62,333 nt of DNA from a bacterium. Its GTDB lineage: Bacteria > Electryoneota > AABM5-125-24 > Hatepunaeales > Hatepunaeaceae. The position numbers were made by a program, and so were the translations under genes. The notes beneath the pieces are model-generated. The model was not told the origin of the DNA. It searched no databases and saw only the letters and a list, made by a program, of their open reading frames with translations. The stretch covers positions 1 through 62,333 of the forward strand of contig JABMRV010000161.1 in the NCBI GenBank assembly GCA_013202285.1, given 5' to 3'. Shown here piece after piece: positions 27,483-37,334 of the stretch (positions are counted from its first letter, which is position 1; each line of letters begins with the position of its first letter).

Positions 27483-30400
27483 ATGCAGCATTCCTCTTCC
27501 AACCGTAACTTCATCATCATCTCGGCTCTGATAGCGGGCGTGTTCCTGATTTATGGGATTCTTAACTTCAACCGGGCATTTCCTGAGACCGCTGTTAATT
27601 TCAAACTTTCCCGCAAAGCTGCTTTGAACTGTGCCCGGGATTTCCTGATAGGAAGGAGCTTCGGTTTACAGAATTACCGCGAAACGATAGTTTTCAGTTA
27701 CGACGAGCAGACCAAGCTGTTTCTTGAGAAACAGCTTGGCGTTGAACGGATGAATACCCTTGCTCGAGACAGCATCGATGTCTGGCGATGGGAAGCGAGG
27801 TTTTTCAAACCGCAGGAGCTGCTGGAATATTCGGTCCAAGTCGATCCGGGTGGGAGGATAACCGGTTTCAATCGTAAGATGCCTGAATCAGCCAAAGGTC
27901 CCATACTTGATACTGAAACTGCCTTAACGCTTGCTGAGGCATTCATCGTCGGTCCGATGGGAGTGGAGCTTAAAGATTGGATACTCATTGAGAGCGAGAA
28001 CATTGGTCGTCCCGACCGACGCGATCACAGTTTCACATACGAACAGAAGAATTCCGCGCCCGGTGGAGCATCATACCGAATGGAAGTCGAGGTGCAGGGC
28101 GCTCAGGTTGGTGGATTCAGACGTTATCTGGTAGTACCGCAGGAATGGCAGCGCGAGTACACGGCTTCCCGCTCACTGAATGTTATGCTGCATGGGATAG
28201 CGAATATTCTCTATGTCATCATCTCGATAGTAATCTTCATCTATTTCATTATCAACGTTTACCACCGTCAGTTCAAGTGGCGGTTTATTATCATCATAAG
28301 TATCATCCTTGCAGTGGTGACTGCCGCAACAAACCTCAATTCGCTGCCGCTTGCGCTCTTTAAGTATCAGACGTTTGAATCTTCATTCTCTTTCATAGTT
28401 CATCGAATTCTGTTCTCACTGATTGCAGGACTGGGAACCGGAGCGCTGGTTTTGGTGCTGTACGGAGCGGGGGAGAGGCTCTACCGAAAAGACAATCCGG
28501 ACAAACTGTACATTCCCCGTTTGTTCTCAAGAGGAGGTATTCAAACTCGGGAGTTCTTTCAAGCAACCCTGATGGGTTATATCCTGGCGGCGTTTCACAT
28601 TGGTTTTATCGTTTTTTTCTATGTAACAGGGAGAAAATTCGGTTTCTGGTCACCGGCTCAGGTGAATTACGATAACACGGTTTCAACACTCCTCCCCTGG
28701 TTATTTCCACTGGCGATCTCAATGACAGCCGCATTAACTGAAGAGTTCTGGTTTCGGCTGTTCGGCATCGCCTTCTTCAGAAGAATATTCAAATCGGTTG
28801 TTCTTGCAGTGATATTTCAAGCCTTGATCTGGGGCTTTTTCCATTCGAACTATCCTCAACAGCCGGGTTTCGTGCGGGGAATTGAACTCACTTTGATAGG
28901 TATCGCAGCCGGTTTCGTAATGCTCAGATTCGGTATCTGGGCGACTTTGACCTGGCATTTCGTGGTGAACGCAGTTCTTGTCGGGCTCTTCCTCTTCAGG
29001 TCTGACAGCGCCTATTTCTGGATATCGGGGCTTATCGTCTGCGGCGGTTTGAGTATCCCATCACTTATTGCAGGTCTGATATATCTCAGGCGTCGAAAGT
29101 TCGAGCCGATGGATGATATGCTTAACAGTGTAGCAGACAAAGAATTTGTCTCACTGGCGGATTCGCCGACAGGAATGTCGGCGCTCCTCATTCAAAATGA
29201 TGGAGCAGATACGGAACTTGTGCGCGATGACGAATCGAAGTACAGACCTCTCTCTCGCAGAATCCGTAAGGTAGTGCTGATCATCGGTGCGTTGTGTATT
29301 CTGCTTGCACTGCTCCCGAAACCCCGGCAGTTTGGCGACGATCTAACCCCGGTCATCAACCGCCGGGAAGCGGTCCGGATCGCAGGAGCTGCCCTGCAGG
29401 AACGTTACCTTGTTTCACCGGATTCATTCGGGATCGGAATAATCCACAGTCAACGGTATTCTGCAAAATGGGATACGCTGCGATCTTATCTCAAGAAACA
29501 TACCGACATGAGATCAGCAGAGGATCTTCTTCTATCGCCAAGTCTGGACGCGAGTCCGCACTGGCTGGTCAGTTTCAAACGTGAACTGGATCAGGTTCAA
29601 TATCAGGTATGGGTGAGCCAGTTGGTGGGGACTACCACCATAACACGGGTAATCCCGGACAGCGCTCTCGGCGCCGATCTGTCGGTCGAAGAGGCGAGAA
29701 CGATTGCGGAAATGATCTTTGAACAGACAGAATCTTTTCCAGAGAGATATGAGCTTATTAAGGGATCAAGCAATAAATTCGATCATCGACTGGATCATTA
29801 TTTCACCTGGGAGAGCATTGAACCTGTTTTGGGTGAGCTTCATTATCAAAGACAGTTAAAACTAATTGGTGATGAAGTTCTGATCGGAAATCGCACAGTA
29901 AGGATTCCGGAAGAATGGCGGCTTCACGAAAAGGAGAAGGGACTGCGAGGAGTCCTGTTAAATCTTCTTCTCGCTCTGTTGATTATCGGTATTGTGCTGG
30001 TATTCATAAGGCTTCGTAACAGATTGAAACCGAGGGGGATTCACTGGCGCAGCGGGGTATTCATCGGAGTAACTGTTCTCATACTGGGTGTATTCAATCA
30101 GGTGAATGACTGGGGAAGTTTCTGGTTGAATTATCCAACCAGTGTTTCCTTTAACAGCTTTGCTGCGATGAAGCTCCTGGCGACCAGTGCACAGTTGCTG
30201 CTCACATCGTTGTTTGTCACTATTGTGGTTATGACAGCCGATACTATCCTTCAGGCGAGGTATGCGATGCAAAGCTGGTTCTGGGGATCAGATGTCAGAT
30301 TGAAGCTTGAGAACGGAATCATCCTGATGCTGGGAACAATCGGAATCGGTTTTGGTCTGTTATGGTTCTTCAATTACCTTGAGCTTTCCTTCAACCTGCC

Positions 30401-30887
30401 GGTTCACAGTTACAGTCTGCTAATACCATCCAATCTCGATATGTACCTGCCCTGGTTCAGTCTGCTTTATGAGGCGTTACTTGACGGACTGATAATTGCT
30501 TCATTGACGGCTATAGTCTTTACGATTATCGACGTGGGAATTAGATCGGTGATCTTAAGGAGTGCGGTGTTGATACTTCTGTCTGTCGCCTGTGCACGTT
30601 TCATCGTTCCCATATCAGGTAATCCGAATTATGGTGAGTTGCTCTGGAGCATGGTTCAAACGCTAGTAATTGTAGCTACCGGATACATGGTGCTGAAGTA
30701 CTGGATTAAGGGCAGGTTATGGGTGCTGGTGGCTTCATGGCTGATGGCAGCGCTTATCCATAATGGTCTGATTTTCCTCGATTGGGGTGATACTCCATAT
30801 AAGCTGCAGGGATGGTGGCTGTTGATAATGGCAGCGATTATAACCGGTGGGATGTTTGTCGGAGCTTTACGGACGAAAGCGCGGTAG
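27483..30887 (+). CDS. Very large polytopic membrane protein containing a CPBP (CAAX-protease/bacteriocin-processing) intramembrane metalloprotease domain
   Basis: 1134-aa ORF. CPBP motifs appear in order: TEEFWFRLFG, GFFHSNY and WHFVVNAV. These are flanked by two large extracytoplasmic segments and about 8 further C-terminal TM helices. Confidence 0.7.
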   Translation: MQHSSSNRNFIIISALIAGVFLIYGILNFNRAFPETAVNFKLSRKAALNCARDFLIGRSFGLQNYRETIVFSYDEQTKLFLEKQLGVERMNTLARDSIDVWRWEARFFKPQELLEYSVQVDPGGRITGFNRKMPESAKGPILDTETALTLAEAFIVGPMGVELKDWILIESENIGRPDRRDHSFTYEQKNSAPGGASYRMEVEVQGAQVGGFRRYLVVPQEWQREYTASRSLNVMLHGIANILYVIISIVIFIYFIINVYHRQFKWRFIIIISIILAVVTAATNLNSLPLALFKYQTFESSFSFIVHRILFSLIAGLGTGALVLVLYGAGERLYRKDNPDKLYIPRLFSRGGIQTREFFQATLMGYILAAFHIGFIVFFYVTGRKFGFWSPAQVNYDNTVSTLLPWLFPLAISMTAALTEEFWFRLFGIAFFRRIFKSVVLAVIFQALIWGFFHSNYPQQPGFVRGIELTLIGIAAGFVMLRFGIWATLTWHFVVNAVLVGLFLFRSDSAYFWISGLIVCGGLSIPSLIAGLIYLRRRKFEPMDDMLNSVADKEFVSLADSPTGMSALLIQNDGADTELVRDDESKYRPLSRRIRKVVLIIGALCILLALLPKPRQFGDDLTPVINRREAVRIAGAALQERYLVSPDSFGIGIIHSQRYSAKWDTLRSYLKKHTDMRSAEDLLLSPSLDASPHWLVSFKRELDQVQYQVWVSQLVGTTTITRVIPDSALGADLSVEEARTIAEMIFEQTESFPERYELIKGSSNKFDHRLDHYFTWESIEPVLGELHYQRQLKLIGDEVLIGNRTVRIPEEWRLHEKEKGLRGVLLNLLLALLIIGIVLVFIRLRNRLKPRGIHWRSGVFIGVTVLILGVFNQVNDWGSFWLNYPTSVSFNSFAAMKLLATSAQLLLTSLFVTIVVMTADTILQARYAMQSWFWGSDVRLKLENGIILMLGTIGIGFGLLWFFNYLELSFNLPVHSYSLLIPSNLDMYLPWFSLLYEALLDGLIIASLTAIVFTIIDVGIRSVILRSAVLILLSVACARFIVPISGNPNYGELLWSMVQTLVIVATGYMVLKYWIKGRLWVLVASWLMAALIHNGLIFLDWGDTPYKLQGWWLLIMAAIITGGMFVGALRTKAR

Positions 30888-30896
30888 GAAGGTTAT

Positions 30897-31073
30897 GTGG
30901 TCTGTCTGAGAATAGCTCCAAGCGTTCGTTCTGGCAGGTCTTGCACCGTAAGGTGTGTGACCTGCCAGTTTTGAAACACTTGTATATTAGTCATTTACCG
31001 TCGGATCACACTGCGACTTTGTCGCAGCAAGACCCGACGGAACTGTAGGATTTACTATTTTCGGACAGACTGT
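30897..31073 (+). repeat. Family-2 structured repeat, copy 1 (~175 nt, two hairpin modules)
   Basis: Near-identical to 35912-36081 except for a 29-nt central spacer. Hairpin A is 30931-30968 (10-bp stem CTGGCAGGTC/GACCTGCCAG, inner CACC-GTAA-GGTG). Hairpin B is 30998-31040 (CCGTCGG/CCGACGG, inner CTGCGAC-TTT-GTCGCAG). Confidence 0.85.
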
Positions 31074-31087
31074 TGCGCGGGAATGAC
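31074..31087 (-). repeat. Family-1 repeat half-site (partial, inverted)
   Basis: TGCGCGGGAATGAC matches positions 21-34 of the window-start copy and abuts the end of family-2 copy 1. Confidence 0.5.
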
Positions 31088-31112
31088 ATAGAAGGAACTT
31101 TATCGATAGACA

Positions 31113-32237
31113 TTATATATCCAACAATTCCCTAACTCTTTCTATTAAATAGACTTCGCTGCCTTCGGGAACTTTCATACCATCATATTTCTTAACATTT
31201 TCCAGCGCTCTGGCGAGGTTGAAATCCGACTGGTTCTCACAGTAGAATTCTTGATTTCGTAAGAATTTCTTCGCGAGGTATTCCTGTTCAGTCTGTCCTG
31301 GTGTGGGAACGAGAATGGCTCTCCTGTGCAGCATTGCCAGATCCATGATTGTGGTATGCCCCGGTCGGGTGAGGATCATTCCGGCGTTCAGGATGGCGAC
31401 GTTCATCTCCTGAGTACTGATATGTGACACGATCCGGACATTGTCGGTTACCTGTCGAGTCTCCTTCCTGTCTGTTAATCCCTGAAGTATCAATGTATTC
31501 AGGCTTGGGATCATGCGTACCTGTTCGATTACAATGTTTTCAAAAATTGTGCGCTGAGGTTCGGGACCGGACAGGATCACCAGCAGATCGATTTTCTCCG
31601 TTTGCTGAGAATCTACTGCCGTTGTTTGTGAATTCGTTTGAAGAGATATTTCCTCGGAGAAACGCGTCTGCGGACCGATGTAGTATGCATTTGCCGGTGG
31701 TTTGTATTTATGCGACAGATCACCGGTGAGGTTTCGACTACCGCTGTAATCGGGAATCCAGCATTCCGTATAATGATGAGCCTGGCGTCGGTGGAGAAGA
31801 TAGAACAGCGGTTCGAGGAGCTTCAGAGAGAAGGGAAATTTCACCATCACCTGGTGTGTCAAATAGACGCAGGAGACGTCTTTGCTCCACAACCCGAATC
31901 TGCCGTCTGAGATTACGAGATCTATTCCGTATTGCCTGATGATTTTCTGCAACTGACGGTGTTCGACATTGATCATCTTGATAATCCGCGGTACCTGCCG
32001 GATCATCTTCAGCGCCATCCTGCTGCTGTGCGAATACTCAACCTCGTAACCGGGCATGCGAATCATTGTCAACAGCGGGAATTCTTTTTTCAACAGCGCA
32101 TAGGGACGTCTGTCAGCACCAATGATAACATTAGCGTCAGCATTGCATAGCTTGCGGATAATCGGGATACTCCGCGTCGCATGTCCCAATCCCCAGTCGA
32201 GCGGACAAATTAGTATATTCTTTCCCTGCATGGTCAT
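31113..32237 (-). CDS. Glycosyltransferase (MurG/GT28-like fold, MJ1255-type uncharacterised GT family)
   Basis: 374-aa ORF. N-terminal ILICPLDWGLGHATRSIPIIRKL and a C-terminal nucleotide-sugar-binding-like region (RPGHTTIMDLAMLHRRAILVPTPGQTEQEYLA). Confidence 0.65.
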   Translation of the reverse strand: MTMQGKNILICPLDWGLGHATRSIPIIRKLCNADANVIIGADRRPYALLKKEFPLLTMIRMPGYEVEYSHSSRMALKMIRQVPRIIKMINVEHRQLQKIIRQYGIDLVISDGRFGLWSKDVSCVYLTHQVMVKFPFSLKLLEPLFYLLHRRQAHHYTECWIPDYSGSRNLTGDLSHKYKPPANAYYIGPQTRFSEEISLQTNSQTTAVDSQQTEKIDLLVILSGPEPQRTIFENIVIEQVRMIPSLNTLILQGLTDRKETRQVTDNVRIVSHISTQEMNVAILNAGMILTRPGHTTIMDLAMLHRRAILVPTPGQTEQEYLAKKFLRNQEFYCENQSDFNLARALENVKKYDGMKVPEGSEVYLIERVRELLDI

Positions 32238-32383
32238 AATATAGGTAAAAAGGAGGGATCAGGCAATTAGTCGGATATACATAAAGGATGGCACAGGGAG
32301 TGATTACAGTGTGTGACTTGGGTTTGCGTGAAACAGTACAATAACTCTATGATATAACAATTAGATAGTGAAACTACTAATGA

Positions 32384-33217
32384 TTAATCGAGGTTGAAGT
32401 TCTCCTCTTCATGATTGTTTTCAGGTTCGATTGATTGGATCATATCCTGTCCGATTGAGGATTCTGTCGAATCTTCCCGGGAGGTTCCTGTCACGGTTTT
32501 CTCCCCGTTATTATCCTCTCCAACTTTATTCTCCTGCATCTCCTCAGCCTGTTCTTCGGATATCTCCTGCATTGCTTTTGACTGTTTACGACTGGCGTTA
32601 GCAGCAACTTTGCGATCCTGTGCAGATGGTTCAGCAGGCGCCAGAGCCGCACGCTCTAATTGCTTTGCATTACGCAGGTCAACCTCAGGATCATCAGAGT
32701 CAGACATACTTATATTTACTTTGCCACCAACGGCGTATTGTCTGCCATCGGGACCGGTCTGATATGAGTAGTTCGGACCGCTGGTCGGCAGTGATCCTGC
32801 CGCAGCTTTATGAGCCTGCTCATGTGATCTGACTTCACGGTCACGCTCCTGTAGTTCTCTGACTTTTTGCTCCTCAGATTCTGAGAGAGGTTCGTCGTTA
32901 ATGCTCTTCTCCTGCTGATCGTCGGTTCTTGCACCGGAACTGATCTCAGGATTATTTGGAGAGTTATCAGAATTATCACTGTCATCAGTGCTATGCCGAT
33001 TTTTCTCACCTTCCTCTCCCTGTTCGATAGCACTGAAAAGTGCACGAGCCTGCGGGGAGATCACAGCAGTATCGCCGATAGGTTCGGAGAAAGGAGTATT
33101 CCCTTTGTCTAACTGTTGATTTTTAGTTGGGATAATTGCATTGAAGTATTCTATCTGTTCGCTCCAGACAGAATGAGTAATCATGTATGCATACTGGTCG
33201 TTAATTTCCATTTTCAT
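32384..33217 (-). CDS. SprA-related family protein (putative metalloprotease-like), highly acidic, low complexity
   Basis: 277-aa ORF. Core: VRELQERDREVRSHEQAHKAAAGSLPTSGPNYSYQTGPDGRQYAVGGKVNI, characteristic of the SprA-related family. Confidence 0.55.
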   Translation of the reverse strand: MKMEINDQYAYMITHSVWSEQIEYFNAIIPTKNQQLDKGNTPFSEPIGDTAVISPQARALFSAIEQGEEGEKNRHSTDDSDNSDNSPNNPEISSGARTDDQQEKSINDEPLSESEEQKVRELQERDREVRSHEQAHKAAAGSLPTSGPNYSYQTGPDGRQYAVGGKVNISMSDSDDPEVDLRNAKQLERAALAPAEPSAQDRKVAANASRKQSKAMQEISEEQAEEMQENKVGEDNNGEKTVTGTSREDSTESSIGQDMIQSIEPENNHEEENFNLD

Positions 33218-33296
33218 GTTCCTTGATTAGTCAGGGAATAATTACCCATATCTGTTATCGGCAGGTTTGGCTAAAACTTAAGTGAAATTACAGGGC

Positions 33297-33331
33297 AAAA
33301 AAAAGAGAGTGAAGAAACTTCACTCTCTTTT
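33297..33331 (-). terminator. Rho-independent terminator (bidirectional architecture) after the M23 peptidase gene
   Basis: A8-GAGAGTGAAG-AAA-CTTCACTCTC-T4. On the minus strand a 10-bp stem is followed by a T8 run, 34 nt downstream of the stop at 33365. Confidence 0.8.
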
Positions 33332-33364
33332 GAGAAGGTGTATTTTTGGTAGCTATTCTGTGCG

Positions 33365-34291
33365 CTAATTAATTCTTGTTAAATTGGCATAACCCTCGAA
33401 GAAATAGTCCATCGGATCAACAGCTTTTCCATCTAAATGAACCTCATAATGCAGGTGTGGTCCGGTCGATCTTCCGGTATTGCCGACCTCGCCAATCTTC
33501 TGTCCTCGCTTGACCTGCTGTCCTTTGGCAGTACAGAAAATGTCAAGATGACCGTATGCTGTACGGAATCCGTAACCGTGATCGATAATGATTACCTTGC
33601 CAAGACCATGGGATCGTTTTGAATGAACAACTATACCGTCAGCCGTCGCAAACACCGGCGCGCCGCGCTCATGTGCGAAATCGAGACCATTGTGATGAGT
33701 CCAACGATGCGTGAAGGGATCTCTCCGGCGACCAAAGCCCGAACTTCGGTAACCGCCGACAACTGGACGAATGGAGGGTGTGTGTTTCAGCAGCTCTTCC
33801 TTTTCGGCGAACTGATGCCCGATCTCAAGGAAGCTCTGTCGCTGCAACCGTATCTCGCGTACAAGCTTGTCAAGGTCGAAGATAAGTTTGCTGACTAATT
33901 CATCTTCATCGCTGTAGTCCGTTCTCGGCAGACTTACACCGCCGATACCGACCTTACGAATATCATTGTCAATCTTTGGAATATCAGCCAGAACTCTCAA
34001 CTGGTCGTCACTGTCAGCTAAAGTCGATAACTGATTGTCGATTTCGCTAAGCCTTTCGCTCATGTTGGTCATATGTTCTTGCAGATCCTGATTCTTCTCC
34101 AGAACATCATTCATCGCGATATTGATGTATCGTTGAGAGAGGAATCTGCCTGTAGTATATGTGAGCAGACCGATGACGACTACGGCGGATAGGGTGAAGA
34201 GAATGATCTTCGTTCGGGAGAGTCGAAAAGACCGCATCTGCGTCGTACCGTCGGAAAACGCTACAAGATTGATGCTATGCTTTTTACTCAC
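33365..34291 (-). CDS. M23 family (LytM-type) metallopeptidase, membrane anchored with coiled coil
   Basis: 308-aa ORF with HNGLDFA, GYGFRTAYGHL and GNTGRSTGPHLHYEV. Confidence 0.9.
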   Translation of the reverse strand: MSKKHSINLVAFSDGTTQMRSFRLSRTKIILFTLSAVVVIGLLTYTTGRFLSQRYINIAMNDVLEKNQDLQEHMTNMSERLSEIDNQLSTLADSDDQLRVLADIPKIDNDIRKVGIGGVSLPRTDYSDEDELVSKLIFDLDKLVREIRLQRQSFLEIGHQFAEKEELLKHTPSIRPVVGGYRSSGFGRRRDPFTHRWTHHNGLDFAHERGAPVFATADGIVVHSKRSHGLGKVIIIDHGYGFRTAYGHLDIFCTAKGQQVKRGQKIGEVGNTGRSTGPHLHYEVHLDGKAVDPMDYFFEGYANLTRIN

Positions 34292-34464
34292 TACAACTCT
34301 CCACGTAAACCATCGTTGATTTGAAACTCAGAACTCCTCCACTTTGAAATGCCGGATTGAATGTGATGACACTTCACTTAACAGCCTAAAATAATGCGCT
34401 TATTCTCTGTTGTCAATAGTTCAAACAGAATGTTAGTAAAAAAAGGTGGCAAATAACAGGAATC

Positions 34465-34493
34465 TTGACTTTATTTGCTTATATTTGTATCAT
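34465..34493 (+). promoter_or_regulatory. Sigma70-like promoter for the biotin carrier gene
   Basis: TTGACT-N17-TATCAT lies about 85 nt upstream of the TTG start, which is preceded by the AAGGAGA RBS. Confidence 0.4.
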
Positions 34494-34577
34494 TTCTGGC
34501 AAGAGGAATTATTTAGTGAAACCGCATGAGAGGTAATGAATCCGTAATATTTTGTATTTCAAGGAGATCAAATAGTT

Positions 34578-35096
34578 TTGAAGTTTTTTGTAGATATATC
34601 TGACCGGCGTTATGAAGTTGAAATACCCGGCTCCGGCGATACGGAAAAGTTGAAGGTGGATGGTAAATCCGTTGATATTGATTATCGATGGCTGCGTGAC
34701 AGTAGAACAGCCTCACTGATAATCGATGGCACTACATATACAGCCGATTATATGCCATCCGGTGATAGATGCCGCATTCAGGTCGATGGTCGGAACTTCG
34801 AGGTTGAAGTATCCGATGAGCGTTCCGACGCCATCAAACGTTTGAGCGGTGCAGGACAGACCGGGAGAGAAAGTTCTCAGGATGTCAAGGCTCCCATGCC
34901 CGGACTGGTAGTGAAGCTTAATGTTCAAGAAGGTGATGTCGTCACCAAAGGGCAGGGAGTGATCGTTGTTGAAGCAATGAAGATGGAGAACGAAATTAAG
35001 ACATCGACCGGCGGTGTTGTGAATAAAATCCTGGTTGAACCGGGAAAGTCCGTCAATAAAGGTGATCTGCTGCTTGTTATTGAGAAGGAGACATAA
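34578..35096 (+). CDS. Biotin/lipoyl-attachment protein (biotin carboxyl carrier subunit of a carboxylase/decarboxylase)
   Basis: 172-aa ORF. C-terminal biotinyl domain with VVEAMKMENEIK. Confidence 0.85.
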   Translation: MKFFVDISDRRYEVEIPGSGDTEKLKVDGKSVDIDYRWLRDSRTASLIIDGTTYTADYMPSGDRCRIQVDGRNFEVEVSDERSDAIKRLSGAGQTGRESSQDVKAPMPGLVVKLNVQEGDVVTKGQGVIVVEAMKMENEIKTSTGGVVNKILVEPGKSVNKGDLLLVIEKET

Positions 35097-35128
35097 TCAC
35101 TCGGATTCTGTGTTAACTCCTTCCGATA

Positions 35129-35860
35129 TTACCTCTCCAGCATCTTCTTTGTAAAGGTATCCTCAGGAAAATTCACACCGAATTTCATTTCCTCAATATC
35201 AAAACGCGTCCATTTATCTTTTACCAGTAGACTGCGTATCTCAGTGCTCACCGGATATATACGGTCACCGAAACGCTTGGTTGCGAGTGTGATGATCTCC
35301 TTTATTGGCATTCTACCGACGCCGCTGTTAACTATCCTGATAGGTATCACTGTTCGTTTGTCAATTAATATCTCTCTGAAGGGATAGCTGACGGTCATAT
35401 CATGCGATTCGAGCATGATTGTAACCGTTGTGTCGGTTTCACCGATGAGCAATGCTTCATACTTTTCCAGCAGGCTTGAGCTTTCAGTCATATCCTCAAA
35501 CGACATATCACCACCCTGAACACCCTTTCTCAGCATGTGACCCTGAATCTGCATGGTTCGATCCTGTCTGGGGAAATAGATCCAGAGGTTATCGTCCCGC
35601 TTCAGGTAACGCGTTCCTCGCTGTCGAGGTGGATCGAGATATTCCATCAACGCGAACTGATCGCCGACAACCTTTCCCTGCATGCGGAAGTATCGATCCG
35701 TGCCACCGGGTGAATGAACTGTCATCAGTGCGGTATATTCGGCTGATTGGTAAAACATCTGCTTATCGAGTTTTTCAATCCATTCAGCGGCGGTTTGCGC
35801 CTGACATGGGAGGATTATTGAGATGGTTAACAGGATTAAAATTATTGGTATGATCTTCAT
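35129..35860 (-). CDS. Outer-membrane lipoprotein-sorting (LolA-like) protein
   Basis: 243-aa ORF with a signal peptide. Motifs LMEYLDPPRQRGTRYLKRDDNLWIYFP and VQGGDMSFEDM are typical of the LolA-like family found next to FtsX/ABC genes. Confidence 0.7.
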   Translation of the reverse strand: MKIIPIILILLTISIILPCQAQTAAEWIEKLDKQMFYQSAEYTALMTVHSPGGTDRYFRMQGKVVGDQFALMEYLDPPRQRGTRYLKRDDNLWIYFPRQDRTMQIQGHMLRKGVQGGDMSFEDMTESSSLLEKYEALLIGETDTTVTIMLESHDMTVSYPFREILIDKRTVIPIRIVNSGVGRMPIKEIITLATKRFGDRIYPVSTEIRSLLVKDKWTRFDIEEMKFGVNFPEDTFTKKMLER

Positions 35861-35911
35861 TCGATCTCCGGTTCAATGTTGGGCGTTACTGGTTTGTATG
35901 TTCGTTTATCA

Positions 35912-36081
35912 GTGTGTCTGAGAATAGCTCCAAACGTCCGTTCTGGCAGGTCTTGCGCCGTAAGGTGTGTGACCTGCCAGTCTATAATATTCTGTTTTTG
36001 CGATACTTGCCGTCAGGTCACACTGCGATTTCGTCGCAGCAAGACCTGACGGAACTTTAAGATTTACTATTCACAAACTGT
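35912..36081 (+). repeat. Family-2 structured repeat, copy 2
   Basis: Aligns with 30897-31073. Hairpin A is 35943-35980 (inner CGCC-GTAA-GGTG). Hairpin B is 36010-36052 (CCGTCAG/CTGACGG). Confidence 0.85.
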
Positions 36082-36098
36082 CTATTATGCTCTACCAC

Positions 36099-37334
36099 TT
36101 AATTTGATCTGAGAGCCTCGGCTGGAGCAAGCTTAACGGCTTTTCGAGCCGGATACCACGCGGCAACAAGCGTTAGGATCAGTCCAAATATCGCCGCCTT
36201 TACTGCCGTCATGACACTCGGATCGGGGTAAAGGATCGGCTTCATCGGCCACTCAATATTCTCCATCGCACCCGAGAAATCAATCCCCGTGTGCTGCAAT
36301 AACAGTGAGACCGCCAGCCCTAATACAAGACCGAAAAACGTACCTGCAATACCGATCACCAGCGATTCTCCAAGCAGCAGCTTCACAATGGTTCCCCGCT
36401 CGAATCCAAGCGCTCTGAGCATCCCGATCTCGCGTGTACGCTCCATCACCGACATCAGTACCGTGTTAACCACCGTCGTCAAAGCGATCAACCCCAACAG
36501 GAGCATTATCACGGGCCCGACGATCTTAGCCGTCGCCATCATTCGATACAGGGTTCCCTGCTCCTGCCACGGCAGGGCAACCACATCCGAACGTCCAGCC
36601 TTCTTCAGATCTTCATTCAATCTTTCGGCAACCGGTTTTGCGCCGTCAAGTCCGTCCTCTACTCTGCAGACCACTTCCATAGCCATATCATCCATATACA
36701 GTTGCTCCTGCCCAGCCAACAGGGGCACATAGAAGGTCTTTTTGTCGATGTATCCGACTCCAGTGCGAATGATACCGGTTACCCTGTACAACCCGGGTCC
36801 CAGCCCACCATAAGAGTCGGTCGTTACCATGAACAGCTCATCGCCGATACCAATCCCGAGCTTTTCAGCTAACTTGAATCCCAGCGCCACATCCCAGGCG
36901 CTGTCGGATGGAGCACTGCCCTCGGTTACCAGCTCATCGATGCTCATTAGCCTCTTTTCCCTCGATGGAGAGAGTGCTATGCCTAAAGCCGGTATACTGC
37001 TTGAACCTCTCTCCAGCAGCACAGGAAATCTGATCCGTGGAGATACGTCTGTTATCCCGGGTGTTGATTTAGCAATACTCACTATCTCAGAGATTTGCTT
37101 TATTCCCTTTTCCAGCGGCAGAGGTCGCGATCTGTCCGCAGCTTCCAACGGTACGATCTTGATATGACCTGCCTCAAGCTGAACGAACGTTTCGAGTATG
37201 GACTCGGTAAAACCCTTCACGTAAGCATCCATGAAAGTAACGGCAGCCACGGCGATCCCCACGGCAAGACCAGTAAGCAGCATCCGCCTCGGATGCCGTC
37301 TGGCATTCCGTAGCGATAATCTCATCAGGTTCAT
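36099..37334 (-). CDS. ABC transporter permease, FtsX/MacB-LolE type
   Basis: 411-aa ORF. TM1 is followed by a large periplasmic domain and 3 TM helices; conserved REIGMLRALGF. Confidence 0.85.
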   Translation of the reverse strand: MNLMRLSLRNARRHPRRMLLTGLAVGIAVAAVTFMDAYVKGFTESILETFVQLEAGHIKIVPLEAADRSRPLPLEKGIKQISEIVSIAKSTPGITDVSPRIRFPVLLERGSSSIPALGIALSPSREKRLMSIDELVTEGSAPSDSAWDVALGFKLAEKLGIGIGDELFMVTTDSYGGLGPGLYRVTGIIRTGVGYIDKKTFYVPLLAGQEQLYMDDMAMEVVCRVEDGLDGAKPVAERLNEDLKKAGRSDVVALPWQEQGTLYRMMATAKIVGPVIMLLLGLIALTTVVNTVLMSVMERTREIGMLRALGFERGTIVKLLLGESLVIGIAGTFFGLVLGLAVSLLLQHTGIDFSGAMENIEWPMKPILYPDPSVMTAVKAAIFGLILTLVAAWYPARKAVKLAPAEALRSN

